Of a DNA stretch of 64,000 nucleotides, positions 48,601 to 58,607 are shown piece after piece. The position numbers and the translations under genes were made by a program. The stretch comes from an uncultured Algimonas sp. (lineage in GTDB: Bacteria; Pseudomonadota; Alphaproteobacteria; Caulobacterales; Maricaulaceae): positions 43,398 through 107,397 of the forward strand of contig CAZMEN010000001.1 in NCBI GenBank assembly GCA_964565335.1, in the 5' to 3' direction. The stretch's first letter is position 1. Each line of letters starts with the position of its first letter. A model generated the notes under the pieces. That model had not been told where the DNA came from. It worked only from the letters and a program-made list of their open reading frames with translations, and made no database searches.

Positions 48601-50004
48601 TTACAATAAGATTGCAGCGGCGAAGCCTAAAAAGGCAAAAAATCCGACCACATCTGTGACGGTCGTTACAAAAACACTGGAGGCCACAGCCGGGTCCGCG
48701 CCGTAATGTTTGAGGATAAGAGGGATGCTGACACCCGCAAGGCCTGCAAACACATGGTTTATAATCATGGCGATAAACGCCACGATCGCCAAGGTTAAAT
48801 TCCCAAACCAAAGATAAGTAATCAGGGCCAAAATAACGGCAAATATAAGTCCGATAATCAGCGCCGCCAGAGCTTCGCGCCGAACTGCACGCCACGCCGT
48901 ACGCGACGTCAAATCCCGCTCTGTCAATGCCCGCACGGCAACGGCCAGAGCCTGCGTTCCCGCATTACCGCCCATAGAGGCGACAATTGGCATCAAGACG
49001 GCCAAGGCCACAATTTCCGAAATCGCATATTCAAATTGGGCGATGACGAGAGACGCTAATACGGCTGTCGCCAAATTCACCAAGAGCCAAGGTGCTCGGC
49101 TTTTGACTGTACTCATGGCCGTATCAGTCAAACCCGCATCGCTTACGCCGGCAAGCGCGAGAATATCTTCTTTGTTTTCATCCTGAATAATCTCGATAAT
49201 GTCATCGACGGTCATCATCCCGACCAAACGGCCATCCTTATCGACAACCGGGGAAGAAATCAGGTTATATTTTTCGAATAGGTAAGCGGCTTCTTCCTGA
49301 TCCATATCTTGCGGAATCGTTGCCAGAAGGTCTTCCATCACACTTTGCAATGTAACTTTGCGCTCGAAGCGCATCAGCTTGGAAACGGGTATATATCCAA
49401 TGGGTTTAAAGGCTGTATTGACGATATAAATATTGAAAAACAATTCGGGCAGCTCTTCGCCCGTTGTACGCATATGATCAATCGTATCACCGACAGTCCA
49501 AAATGTAGGGGCGGCCACAAATTCCCGCTGCATCAACCGGCCGATAGTCTCGTCATCAAAAGCCAGAGAGGCTTCAAGCGCGGCCCGCTCAACCGGTTCT
49601 AGGGCGTCCAGCACGTTTTCGCGCTGCGCTTTTTCCATCTCCTCAACAATTTGAGTCGCGTCGTCATTATCGATTGTCGTAATGGCTTCCGCAAGTTGGT
49701 TGGCCGGGATTAAAGGCAGAATATCTTCCACCACTTCATCTTCGAGTTCGGCCAAAATTTCTCCTGAGATTAATTCAGGAACCCGCGTGACCAGATCCGA
49801 TCTTTGTTCGGGTGTCAGCTCTTCGAGTTGATCAGAAAAGTCAGCCGGGTGCAGACCCTCAAGTTTATGAACTACGTCATCATGATGTGCGAGCAGGAGA
49901 GCGTCTTTAAGCTCATGCCCCGGATCAAGGTCTGTATTTTTATCTTGTAATGAGGCAGATTTTTCCTCTTCAGCCTTGGGAGTACGCTCAGTTGTGTCAG
50001 TCAT
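48601..50004 (-). CDS. mgtE: Magnesium transporter MgtE
   Basis: N-domain, CBS pair, RAPWLLVNL, MPIVASMGGNAGTQ and DPAVASSVFVTTVTD motifs. Confidence 0.97.
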   Translation of the reverse strand: MTDTTERTPKAEEEKSASLQDKNTDLDPGHELKDALLLAHHDDVVHKLEGLHPADFSDQLEELTPEQRSDLVTRVPELISGEILAELEDEVVEDILPLIPANQLAEAITTIDNDDATQIVEEMEKAQRENVLDALEPVERAALEASLAFDDETIGRLMQREFVAAPTFWTVGDTIDHMRTTGEELPELFFNIYIVNTAFKPIGYIPVSKLMRFERKVTLQSVMEDLLATIPQDMDQEEAAYLFEKYNLISSPVVDKDGRLVGMMTVDDIIEIIQDENKEDILALAGVSDAGLTDTAMSTVKSRAPWLLVNLATAVLASLVIAQFEYAISEIVALAVLMPIVASMGGNAGTQALAVAVRALTERDLTSRTAWRAVRREALAALIIGLIFAVILALITYLWFGNLTLAIVAFIAMIINHVFAGLAGVSIPLILKHYGADPAVASSVFVTTVTDVVGFFAFLGFAAAILL

Positions 50005-50114
50005 GGCAGGCCTCCCGTTTCAGGCTTGTAAATCGCCTTCGCTTTGCGCCAAATTCTTACGCACGTCAAAGTGAAATCAGTTTCCACAATGACTTTCCGG
50101 CGTTATCAAAGCTC

Positions 50115-50594
50115 ATGACACTTTGGCTTTATTATGCGTTTTTCGCCGCCATTCTTTTGGCGGGACTGACCTTATTGGCTTGGACAGATATAAAGACATA
50201 CCGCCTGCCAAATGTGATAACCTACCCGCTGATGACGTTGGGTTTAGGCAGCGCTTTTGTTCTGCCGCAAATATCACCTCGAAACGCCTTAATAGGTCTC
50301 TGCATTGGCTATTTGGGCTTGGTCTTAATAGAGATGGTTTTCAAGCGCGTTTACAACAAAAATGGACTGGGCCGCGGAGATGCAAAACTTTTAGCTGTAG
50401 GCGGCGCTTGGTGCGGCGCGTTTGGATTACCATTTATCATTCTTATAGCCAGCCTTTGCGGCTTGGTATTCAGCCAGATGCCGTCTCAAAAAAAGCGGCT
50501 GGAAAACGCAGGCGGGCAAATACCCTTTGGCCCTTTTCTGGCCTTAGGGATAACCGTCATCTGGATCGGTCAGATTTGGTTTTGGGTTCGTTAA
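50115..50594 (+). CDS. A24 prepilin peptidase, short form
   Basis: WTDIKTYRLPN, GLGRGDAKL and IPFGPFLALG; no N-terminal Cys/Zn domain. Start inferred at ATG 50115. Confidence 0.85.
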   Translation: MTLWLYYAFFAAILLAGLTLLAWTDIKTYRLPNVITYPLMTLGLGSAFVLPQISPRNALIGLCIGYLGLVLIEMVFKRVYNKNGLGRGDAKLLAVGGAWCGAFGLPFIILIASLCGLVFSQMPSQKKRLENAGGQIPFGPFLALGITVIWIGQIWFWVR

Positions 50595-50595
50595 G

Positions 50596-51057
50596 TTACG
50601 CGGCGCGGCAGTTTAAGAGCGCCACAACAGGCATTAATCTATCCCATCCTTCGGCTGTCTTCGAAGAGAGTTGTCCATTAAACCGCTGGCCTTCGGCAAT
50701 CTCCCGGTCAGGTTCCAATGATAGGTTAAATGTTTGGCCTGTTTCCGAAACCACATATTGACGGCTAGCGGAATCCAATGCTCCGGCGTCTGAGCGTACA
50801 GCCTCGGTACGGAGATTATTCAAAATATATTTGGCGGTTCCATTCGTTTCGAAACCCACGAATTTTTGGCGCTGCCCTGCTGTCCACACAAACAAGCCAC
50901 ATTGCCCTGACGCGAGTGTTTGCGGGGGCAACACACCCTGGGGCGATTGCGTCTCTACCGACTTTTGAGTGGTTTCCAATGAAGGTAATGTCGCGCAGGC
51001 TGACAAGCCAAACACGAGAAACAAAGGTACAAGGAATAATTGAGTATGCTGTCTCAT
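50596..51057 (-). CDS. Hypothetical lipoprotein in the gsp operon
   Basis: Lipobox GLSAC; ATGA overlap with the gspN stop. Confidence 0.75.
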   Translation of the reverse strand: MRQHTQLFLVPLFLVFGLSACATLPSLETTQKSVETQSPQGVLPPQTLASGQCGLFVWTAGQRQKFVGFETNGTAKYILNNLRTEAVRSDAGALDSASRQYVVSETGQTFNLSLEPDREIAEGQRFNGQLSSKTAEGWDRLMPVVALLNCRAA

Positions 51058-51785
51058 CGCCAATTCCCCTGCTCTCTCAACCGAAAGACATTCGCCCCGT
51101 TCTGAACACCCAAAGCCTCAAACCCAAAGAGAGGCAGAACCTGCGCTGCGTCTTGATCGTTTGTCGTCACATGTATATCTGACTTATACTGTCCCGTAGC
51201 AGAGACTAAAATTTTGGCTGTAATATTTTGCAGCTCATCCTGACCAGACAAATCAAACAGAAACTGACCGTCTCCTGCGCAGGAAAGAGGCCCGGATAAG
51301 ACGGGCCCTTCCCATTGAAACAGAGCGCGGTTACGCGTCAAAGCATCCGAACGAACTGTGCCTTCAAATACCTCGCATTGACCGTCTTTTGCCCATTTCG
51401 CCTTGTCCACACGGGCTGTCATTTGACCTGACAAACCTTTTAATCGCGGGTCAGGGAGCGGCAAGCTGGCAATATTCATTTGAAGAGTAACGTCTCGCGC
51501 TTTGCCCGATGCCGCCAATGCAGATGCCTGCAAACCCGGCGCTGTGACCGAAACTTCTAACGGATGCCCTCCTCCAAATATGGAAAAAGGTTTTAGCCTG
51601 AAATCAACAGTCTCTACGTCGCGGAGTGAGAGGACACTCCCTTTCCAAATCGTCCCCGAATACCGCGTCTCTTGCGTCTTGAAATTATCAGGAACGATGT
51701 GAGGGCCGAGCCAAGATAGCGGCATAAAAACCAATAAGCCAAGCAAAAGCCCCGGCACTAACCAAAAGAGATTTCTTGACATCAT
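51054..51785 (-). CDS. gspN: Type II secretion system protein N
   Basis: N-terminal TM with FMPLSWL and SGTIWKG; adjacent to gspD. Confidence 0.8.
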   Translation of the reverse strand: MMSRNLFWLVPGLLLGLLVFMPLSWLGPHIVPDNFKTQETRYSGTIWKGSVLSLRDVETVDFRLKPFSIFGGGHPLEVSVTAPGLQASALAASGKARDVTLQMNIASLPLPDPRLKGLSGQMTARVDKAKWAKDGQCEVFEGTVRSDALTRNRALFQWEGPVLSGPLSCAGDGQFLFDLSGQDELQNITAKILVSATGQYKSDIHVTTNDQDAAQVLPLFGFEALGVQNGANVFRLREQGNWR

Positions 51786-51791
51786 TGTGGA

Positions 51792-53696
51792 TTATTGAAC
51801 CGGCGTAATGACATCATCGAGTTTCGAATAATCTCGGCCCGATTGGCTCATATCTTCGCGGCGGATTTGATTAAGCCTGTCCTGCGTTAGCGGTCTGGCA
51901 TCCTCGCTATTTCGAATGATAGTCGGACGCAGGAAAACAACTAAGTTCGTTTTAACACGCGACTTGTCCTTATTGCGGAAAAGACTACCGACAATCGGAA
52001 CATCCCCTAAGACGGGCACCTTCTCAATGGTAATCTGCTCGTCATCCTGAACCAATCCGCCCAGAACGATAATCTCTTTATTATTGGCTAAAACTGTTGT
52101 CTCTATTTCGCGCTTATTGGTCACAAAATCCGATGATAGGCTGGTGATCGCACCTGCAATAGAACTGACTTCTTGGGCAATTTCCAAACGAACAACGTCG
52201 CCTTCACTGATTTGCGGGAGTACATTTAATTTAATACCCACTTCTTTGCGCTCAAAGGTCCGAAAAGGGTTTATGGTATTTGTGGTCAAGCTTTCACTTG
52301 TCGTAATGGGAATTTCTTGCCCAACCAGAAACGTGGCCGGAACATTATCCAAAGTGGTCACAAAAGGCGTCGAAAGGACATTACTGTTTTCGTCGCGCTC
52401 CAACGCATTTACAATCGCTGCAAAGACCGTATCTCCTTCGACGCCGCCAAAGCCGGCTGTGCCGCCCGTCAAACCTGTGATGGAGCTAATGGCTGCAGTC
52501 TGCAAAGCAGACGTTGTTGTATCGTCTAATCCGATTTGATCTCCGGCAATCGCGCCCGCCAAAGCGAGCATGTTTGGTCCGTCTGCAAACCCAGTACTCA
52601 GGAGCGGAATAGAACTCCCATCCAAACCACCGACGGCTAATTGTACGCCTAATTCCTTCGCTGCCGTGTCCGAAATTTCTACAATGATTGCTTCCACAAG
52701 GACTTGCGGGCGGCGTACATCTAACCGCCTAATAATAGACTCAAGCGCCGCTTGAGTTTCTCCGTCAGCGCTAATGACCAGCGTATTGGAAAATGTTTCA
52801 TAGGCCACTGTCGGGGCTGGCTGCCCTTCAACCGTATATGAGGGCAGAAGTGTCGATAGTAACTCTACCAGAGTTGTTCCGTCAGCAAAGCGTAAAGGGA
52901 TAACACTGACCGCGCCTCTTGGCGCGACTGAACCAACATCCATACTGCTGATGACAGGGCGAAGACGCGCAATCTCTTCTGCCGGCCCCTCAATAATCAA
53001 AGAATTAGACATCGGTATTGAAACGACTTTGACGCGGGGCTTGGGGCCAGCTAATTTTTTCAGCGCTTCTTCGGCGTCCAAAGCGGAGAGCTGTCGTAGC
53101 TGAATGGTTTCCGTAACGTTGCCCGACTGATCCATAGCAGCAACGATAGAACGAGCTTTACGTAGGTTTTCAGGGAAATCCGTAACTACCAAAACATTTC
53201 CGCCGGGATTGGCAGTCACTTGCCCTTGGGTATGCATGACAGGTTTAATTAATCGTGCGGCCTCCGCGGCATCAGAATAAGTCAGCTTTATCACTGTTGT
53301 CGCAAAGCGGCCATTGATACCATTGCCCGTTACGAAAGGCGCGTCCTGCGCTGAGCCCTGCAGCAAAGTGATACGATACTCTCCGGTGGCCGTGCGAATG
53401 ACGGTATATCCATGTACCCGCATCACGTCCTTAAACACCTCGAACACTTCGCCTTTGCTTAGGGACTGCTCGGAACTTATCGTCACTTTCCCTTGCACAC
53501 GCGGGTCGACTAAAAAGGTCTTTCCCGTCACCATAGAGACGTCGTCAATAAAGGCCCGAATATCGGCCTGCTGCATTGTGATGAGGTGATCACCCGCCGC
53601 GAAGGCAGCGGGCGCAACAGGCAAAATACTGAGAGCCGCTCCTGCCATAATAGCCGCGGAAAAAGACTTGATAGAAAAAGACTGGAATATTCTCAT
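51792..53696 (-). CDS. gspD: Type II secretion secretin
   Basis: ADIRAFIDDVS...GKTFLVDPRVQGKVT, LDVRRPQVLVEAIIVE, NVLSTP, KVPVLGDVPIVGSLFR and LVVFLRPTII motifs. Confidence 0.95.
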   Translation of the reverse strand: MRIFQSFSIKSFSAAIMAGAALSILPVAPAAFAAGDHLITMQQADIRAFIDDVSMVTGKTFLVDPRVQGKVTISSEQSLSKGEVFEVFKDVMRVHGYTVIRTATGEYRITLLQGSAQDAPFVTGNGINGRFATTVIKLTYSDAAEAARLIKPVMHTQGQVTANPGGNVLVVTDFPENLRKARSIVAAMDQSGNVTETIQLRQLSALDAEEALKKLAGPKPRVKVVSIPMSNSLIIEGPAEEIARLRPVISSMDVGSVAPRGAVSVIPLRFADGTTLVELLSTLLPSYTVEGQPAPTVAYETFSNTLVISADGETQAALESIIRRLDVRRPQVLVEAIIVEISDTAAKELGVQLAVGGLDGSSIPLLSTGFADGPNMLALAGAIAGDQIGLDDTTTSALQTAAISSITGLTGGTAGFGGVEGDTVFAAIVNALERDENSNVLSTPFVTTLDNVPATFLVGQEIPITTSESLTTNTINPFRTFERKEVGIKLNVLPQISEGDVVRLEIAQEVSSIAGAITSLSSDFVTNKREIETTVLANNKEIIVLGGLVQDDEQITIEKVPVLGDVPIVGSLFRNKDKSRVKTNLVVFLRPTIIRNSEDARPLTQDRLNQIRREDMSQSGRDYSKLDDVITPVQ

Positions 53697-53699
53697 GTT

Positions 53700-54590
53700 C
53701 TAACGTCCAATATTAACTGTCTGAGGACGGCCGTCCCGAATGATTTGCATTTTAATTTGTTTCGCATCGCGTAGTGAAGCCGCTAACTGTAAGAGATTTA
53801 AGCGCTCGCTCAAAAGGCTCGTTGAATTAACCTGCGTAATCACGTCGCCAGCTTTTAAGCCAAACTGTTTCAAGCCCGCCTCTCCTTTTGATGAGGAAAC
53901 GCTATAGCCTGATAAACGGCCCTGATCATAATAGGGATTGAATTTTACAGTCTTTAGAAGCTCTGATGCGTTTACCCCCGAAGCTGACCCGATGACGCCA
54001 TTATTTTGCACTTTAATTTTTTTTACTGTCGCAGGCGCAATGACAGCGGTCGGTTCTGTTCGCTCGGCGACCAATCCTGTCGTACTGTCTCTCAAGAATG
54101 TGAGCCTTTGTAACTCGCCGCGTACGTCAAGCACAATAAATTTGGCTCTGACAGCCTGCAAGGTCACACCGTTCATGACGTCTTCGCCGACACGGTAAGA
54201 TTTTTCTTGATTATCCGGCGTTTGGAGAACAGCCGAGCCAGGATTGCCGACTGTGCGGCCTTTCAAAACTAAATTCAGGTCTGTTTCGGGCACATCTAAC
54301 CCATCATCAAAACTAATGCTGTTACTACCGCCGACTTGAGACGTGATTGCCATAGCAAAAGGGTCAGAAGAGAAAGCATATGTCTGCTGAACCTGCGCAG
54401 AATTTCCGTTCACGGCATTCGGAACGGCAGGCAGAGACGTCCAAGCGGATTCTGGATTGAAAAACAATATCAGCGCCCTGATGAGCAACCATCCCAAGGC
54501 AATCAAACCCAAAATTTGAACAAGCCTTATGACCAGAGGCAAGGATTCACCTTGTCCTTTTTGGCTTCTTTGTTTCACCCAAGCTATCAT
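53700..54590 (-). CDS. gspC: Type II secretion system protein C (HR plus PDZ domains)
   Basis: TM segment, PETDLNLVLKG HR domain and C-terminal PDZ (GLKAGDVITQVN). Confidence 0.8.
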   Translation of the reverse strand: MIAWVKQRSQKGQGESLPLVIRLVQILGLIALGWLLIRALILFFNPESAWTSLPAVPNAVNGNSAQVQQTYAFSSDPFAMAITSQVGGSNSISFDDGLDVPETDLNLVLKGRTVGNPGSAVLQTPDNQEKSYRVGEDVMNGVTLQAVRAKFIVLDVRGELQRLTFLRDSTTGLVAERTEPTAVIAPATVKKIKVQNNGVIGSASGVNASELLKTVKFNPYYDQGRLSGYSVSSSKGEAGLKQFGLKAGDVITQVNSTSLLSERLNLLQLAASLRDAKQIKMQIIRDGRPQTVNIGR

Positions 54591-54642
54591 ATCTCTTTTG
54601 TCGCAGTCTTTTCCTAAAACGTCCAGTTAGCGTTGTTTAATG

Positions 54643-56232
54643 TCAGTCTCGTAACAATGTTCCACTATCAGGCAATGTCTCTACAGCCTCAATGAATTTT
54701 GGCGTGATGCGTTTGCGGCTGGACTGCTCATAAGCATACCCAATCGCCATAATGTTTTCATCTTGCCCAGCTTGGCCCATAAAGGACAGACCAACTGGCA
54801 AGCCATTCACCTCTCCCATCGGAACAGTGATATGCGGATAGCCCGCAATCGCCGCCATCCATCCCGCCCCAGTGCCGCTAGGGTAGTTGTCTCCATAAAC
54901 GTGATCAATCAAGAAAGTCGGCGCTGCTGTGGGCGCGACCAAAGCGTCTAATGACTCGCTGCCTATAAATTTATCTATGCCGTCTTTTCGGGTGGCTGTT
55001 TGCACCAGTTCCAAAGCCTGCAAATACTCTTCACTGTCTAGCCCCCCTAACGCTTCAGACATTTCGAGGATATCTTGGTCAAAAACGGCTATTTCCGCGG
55101 GGGTGTCTTTTGTCTCGCGAATGACGTCAGCCAGCGTGCGGGCCGTTACGCCCGAGGCCGTTTCCGCCAGATAGTCATTGAGCGTCGCTTTGAATTCATA
55201 CTTCAGAACATCAAAAGCCGCGCTCCAAAATCCTTCGGGCGTGTCATAAGCTTCAATCTCAACCAATACCGCGCCCTCGGCCTTTAAAGCCTCTAGAGCC
55301 GCATCAAAGTTCGTATTCACACCGGAATTTGATCCACGCGCAAAACTCAAAACACCGATACGTTTGCCGGAGAGCGTTCCGCCTTTTGCAGCCTCGCGAT
55401 ACGCACTGCCCTTCCCGGTCATCGCGTCCATCATAATAGCGGCATCTTCGACAGTCAGGGTCATCGGCCCGGCCGTATCTTGCGACGAAGAAATCGGCAC
55501 AATTAGATCTTGGGGAATAACGCCCACTGTCGGTTTAAATCCGACGATGCCATTCATGGCTGAAGGACAGATAATGGAACCATTAGTTTCCGTCCCCACG
55601 GCGGCGGGAACAATCCCGGCGGCCACCGCTGCGCCGCTGCCCGAACTAGACCCACAAGGCGAACGGTTTAGGGCGTGAGGATTTTTAGTCTGCGTCCCCA
55701 AAGCGCTCCATCCGCTTGTCGAATTCGTGGAACGAAAATTCGCCCATTGAGACAAATTGCTCTTGCCCAGAACGACAGCGCCTGAGCTGCGTAAGTTTTT
55801 TACCAAAGGCGAATCCCGCCCTGTATTATTGGCCGACAAAACGGTGCTTCCGGCTGTCGTTGGCATGTCAGACGTTTCAATATTATCTTTGATAAGAACG
55901 GGCACGCCATGAAGCGGGCTACGTTTTGTCGTCTCGGCGTCCAATGAATTCGCAATATCGCGGGCCTTAGGATTAATCAGCAGCACACTTTGAAGCTTTG
56001 GGCCAGAATGATCTATTCGCTCAATGCGTTTCAGCGCGAAATCTACACGGCTGACGGCAGATTGATTCGATTGAGGCGCAATGCCTTCATAAGCCGCGGC
56101 GGCGGCATAAACTTCCTCTAAACTCTGGGGCGCTGTCACAGGCTGACACCCAGATATTACAAGGCAAGATGCTGTTGCTGTTAAAGCAATGAGCGCTGTT
56201 TTCTTAATGCCGCGACTATTGGTAAACTGCAT
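54643..56232 (-). CDS. Amidase-signature family enzyme, lipoprotein-like signal
   Basis: [34 protein letters not shown] and [11 protein letters not shown]; LVISGC lipobox. Confidence 0.92.
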   Translation of the reverse strand: MQFTNSRGIKKTALIALTATASCLVISGCQPVTAPQSLEEVYAAAAAYEGIAPQSNQSAVSRVDFALKRIERIDHSGPKLQSVLLINPKARDIANSLDAETTKRSPLHGVPVLIKDNIETSDMPTTAGSTVLSANNTGRDSPLVKNLRSSGAVVLGKSNLSQWANFRSTNSTSGWSALGTQTKNPHALNRSPCGSSSGSGAAVAAGIVPAAVGTETNGSIICPSAMNGIVGFKPTVGVIPQDLIVPISSSQDTAGPMTLTVEDAAIMMDAMTGKGSAYREAAKGGTLSGKRIGVLSFARGSNSGVNTNFDAALEALKAEGAVLVEIEAYDTPEGFWSAAFDVLKYEFKATLNDYLAETASGVTARTLADVIRETKDTPAEIAVFDQDILEMSEALGGLDSEEYLQALELVQTATRKDGIDKFIGSESLDALVAPTAAPTFLIDHVYGDNYPSGTGAGWMAAIAGYPHITVPMGEVNGLPVGLSFMGQAGQDENIMAIGYAYEQSSRKRITPKFIEAVETLPDSGTLLRD

Positions 56233-56433
56233 GTTAACTCCCCTGACCCTTCGCTAATATCAAGTAGAGTTGCCCCAGTGTCCATATACGTTATGCTCCT
56301 GAGTGACCTTCAAAAGACGATTTGTAGCCGCGCAGACTTTATTGTGGACGAAAGACACTAGCGAGTCGCTATGAGACTAGTAAAACCATATGATTGTCAC
56401 AAATAATCGCTTTACGATGTTAGGCCCCACACC

Positions 56434-57339
56434 ATGAACGCCGATTCAGATATGCCCAATAAAATTGACGGAAAAAATATTGCCGCAAAAGTTAGAGCCA
56501 GTGTCGCAGAAAGTGTCTCGCATTTACCGAGCGCGCCAAGTCTGGCCGTTGTCTTGGTCGGCGACGACCCTGCCAGCCAAGTTTATGTTCGCTCCAAAAT
56601 CAAGTTCACTAAAGAATGCGGCATGCGCTCCATCGAACGCAGGCTCCCTGCAACCGCAACGCAGGACGAGGTCATCAAAACCGTTCGTGAATTGAACGCC
56701 GATAACGCTGTTGACGGCATATTGGTCCAGCTCCCTCTCCCGGGCGGTCTCGATAGCGACGCGGTCATTGAAGAAATTGACCCGGCCAAGGATGTTGATG
56801 GCCTGACGGAAACATCTGCTGGACGGTTGATTTTAGGCAAACCCGGATTAAGGCCCTGCACACCGACTGGCTGTGTGATTTTAGCAAAAGCCGCCTTAGG
56901 GGATTTATCGGGTAAACATTGTGTCGTTCTGGGCCGCTCAATACTGGTCGGCAAGCCCGCCGCTCTATTATTTCTGGAGCAAAACTGTACAGTGACAATC
57001 GCCCATTCTCGGACACAGAATTTAGCCAATGTTTGCCGAAGTGCCGACATTTTAGTCCCCGCTGTCGGGCGTCCTGAAATGGTGAAAGCCGATTGGGTAA
57101 AGGCAGGAGCCTGCGTGATTGACGTTGGCATAAACCGTGTCGACAATCCTAAAAAGCCCGGAAAAACGCGCCTCGTCGGGGATGTCGCCTACGCAGAAGC
57201 GCTGGCAGTGGCCGGAGCGATTACGCCTGTTCCTGGGGGCGTTGGCCCCATGACCATCGCCTGCTTATTGCGTAATACCGTTTTGGCCGCTTGCGCGCGG
57301 CGAGGCTGGGATGTGCCAGACCCTATTTTGGACCTATAG
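56434..57339 (+). CDS. folD: Methylenetetrahydrofolate dehydrogenase/cyclohydrolase
   Basis: [35 protein letters not shown] and [15 protein letters not shown] motifs. Confidence 0.97.
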   Translation: MNADSDMPNKIDGKNIAAKVRASVAESVSHLPSAPSLAVVLVGDDPASQVYVRSKIKFTKECGMRSIERRLPATATQDEVIKTVRELNADNAVDGILVQLPLPGGLDSDAVIEEIDPAKDVDGLTETSAGRLILGKPGLRPCTPTGCVILAKAALGDLSGKHCVVLGRSILVGKPAALLFLEQNCTVTIAHSRTQNLANVCRSADILVPAVGRPEMVKADWVKAGACVIDVGINRVDNPKKPGKTRLVGDVAYAEALAVAGAITPVPGGVGPMTIACLLRNTVLAACARRGWDVPDPILDL

Positions 57340-57416
57340 ATTGCGTCCGTTTTAAGCTTTGTAAAAAACTCTTTTATTCCGGGTTCTCAATTTAGTGGAA
57401 ATACGTAAAAGATAGT

Positions 57417-58607
57417 ATGACTCAGACTGAATTCATTTCGCCCTCCGCCCTCCGTCAGCGCTTTTCTGATGCGCTCTCTACGCTTTATCGCGAAGAAGTT
57501 CCCGCTTACGCAACGCTCCTTGATATTGTCGCAGATGTGAACGCCAGAATAGACCCCGAGCAGGCTGTCGATGCCGCTCGCTTAGGACAAGAAAGGCATG
57601 GCGCTATTCGTGTCGGAACGCCGAAAGACTTGAATATTTTAAGGCGCGTCTTCGCGCTCTTAGGTATGGAGCCTGTGGGATATTATGATTTGAGCGTGGC
57701 AGGTTTGCCCATTCACTCCACAGCCTTTCGCCCCATCACCGCCAAAGGGCTGGCCGAAAGCCCGTTTCGGATGTTTACCTCGCTGCTGCGGCCCAAGCTC
57801 ATTGATGATAAGCCGCTGCGTCAAGAGGCAGAAAACATTCTAAACCAACGCGATATTTTTACGCCTAGCCTTATGGCGGCCTTACAAAAGGCTGAGAAAA
57901 ATAAGGGGGTCAATCAGAGTGACGCGGATGCCTTTGTCGCGGCTCTCCTGCCGACCTTTCAATGGCATGATAAGGCGGAGGTCTCCCTTGAAACATATGA
58001 GCGCCTGCAAGCTCATCATACATTAGTGGCCGATATCGTTTGTTTTAAAGGCCCGCACATTAATCATCTGACGCCGCGCACATTAGATATCGATACCGCC
58101 CAATCCGTGATGAAATCTCGCGGATTGAAAGCCAAAGACAGGATTGAGGGGCCGCCCAAAAGACGATGCCCCATCCTGTTGCGCCAAACGGCTTTCAAGG
58201 CGTTGAGCGAGGCTATTCTTTTTCAGTCTAACGGCGAATGGATAACAGGGCATCACACAGCCCGCTTTGGCGAGATCGAGCAACGCGGTGCAGCCCTTAC
58301 GCGCAAGGGGCGCGCACTATATGACACATGTCTGGCTGCAAAGGACTTTAGCGACTTTCCAGACGATTGGGAAACACTGCGAAAGGAAGATTTGGCCTTT
58401 TTCAAAAATGTCGAAGGCCAAATGACACCGCTTACCTATGAAGACTTCCTCCCTGTTAGTGCCGCCGGTATTTTCAGATCGAATTTAGGCGAGGACGGAG
58501 ACGCGCAAGCTCTGAAAGCCGAAGCGAACCAAGCGCAATTCGAAGCGGCATTAGGACGTCCCGTACACGACATGTTCGCCCTTTATAAGGCCGACGCAAA
58601 ATCATGA
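57417..58607 (+). CDS. hglS: 2-oxoadipate dioxygenase/decarboxylase (DUF1338, YdcJ-like)
   Basis: ERHGAIRVGT, HSTAFRP, FKGPHINHLTPRTLDID, HTARFGEIEQRG and YEDFLPVSAAGIF motifs. Confidence 0.88.
   Translation: MTQTEFISPSALRQRFSDALSTLYREEVPAYATLLDIVADVNARIDPEQAVDAARLGQERHGAIRVGTPKDLNILRRVFALLGMEPVGYYDLSVAGLPIHSTAFRPITAKGLAESPFRMFTSLLRPKLIDDKPLRQEAENILNQRDIFTPSLMAALQKAEKNKGVNQSDADAFVAALLPTFQWHDKAEVSLETYERLQAHHTLVADIVCFKGPHINHLTPRTLDIDTAQSVMKSRGLKAKDRIEGPPKRRCPILLRQTAFKALSEAILFQSNGEWITGHHTARFGEIEQRGAALTRKGRALYDTCLAAKDFSDFPDDWETLRKEDLAFFKNVEGQMTPLTYEDFLPVSAAGIFRSNLGEDGDAQALKAEANQAQFEAALGRPVHDMFALYKADAKS

Noticed and set aside
56233-56433. ZTP or THF riboswitch upstream of folD
   Set aside because: I could not find the conserved motifs or a convincing structure.
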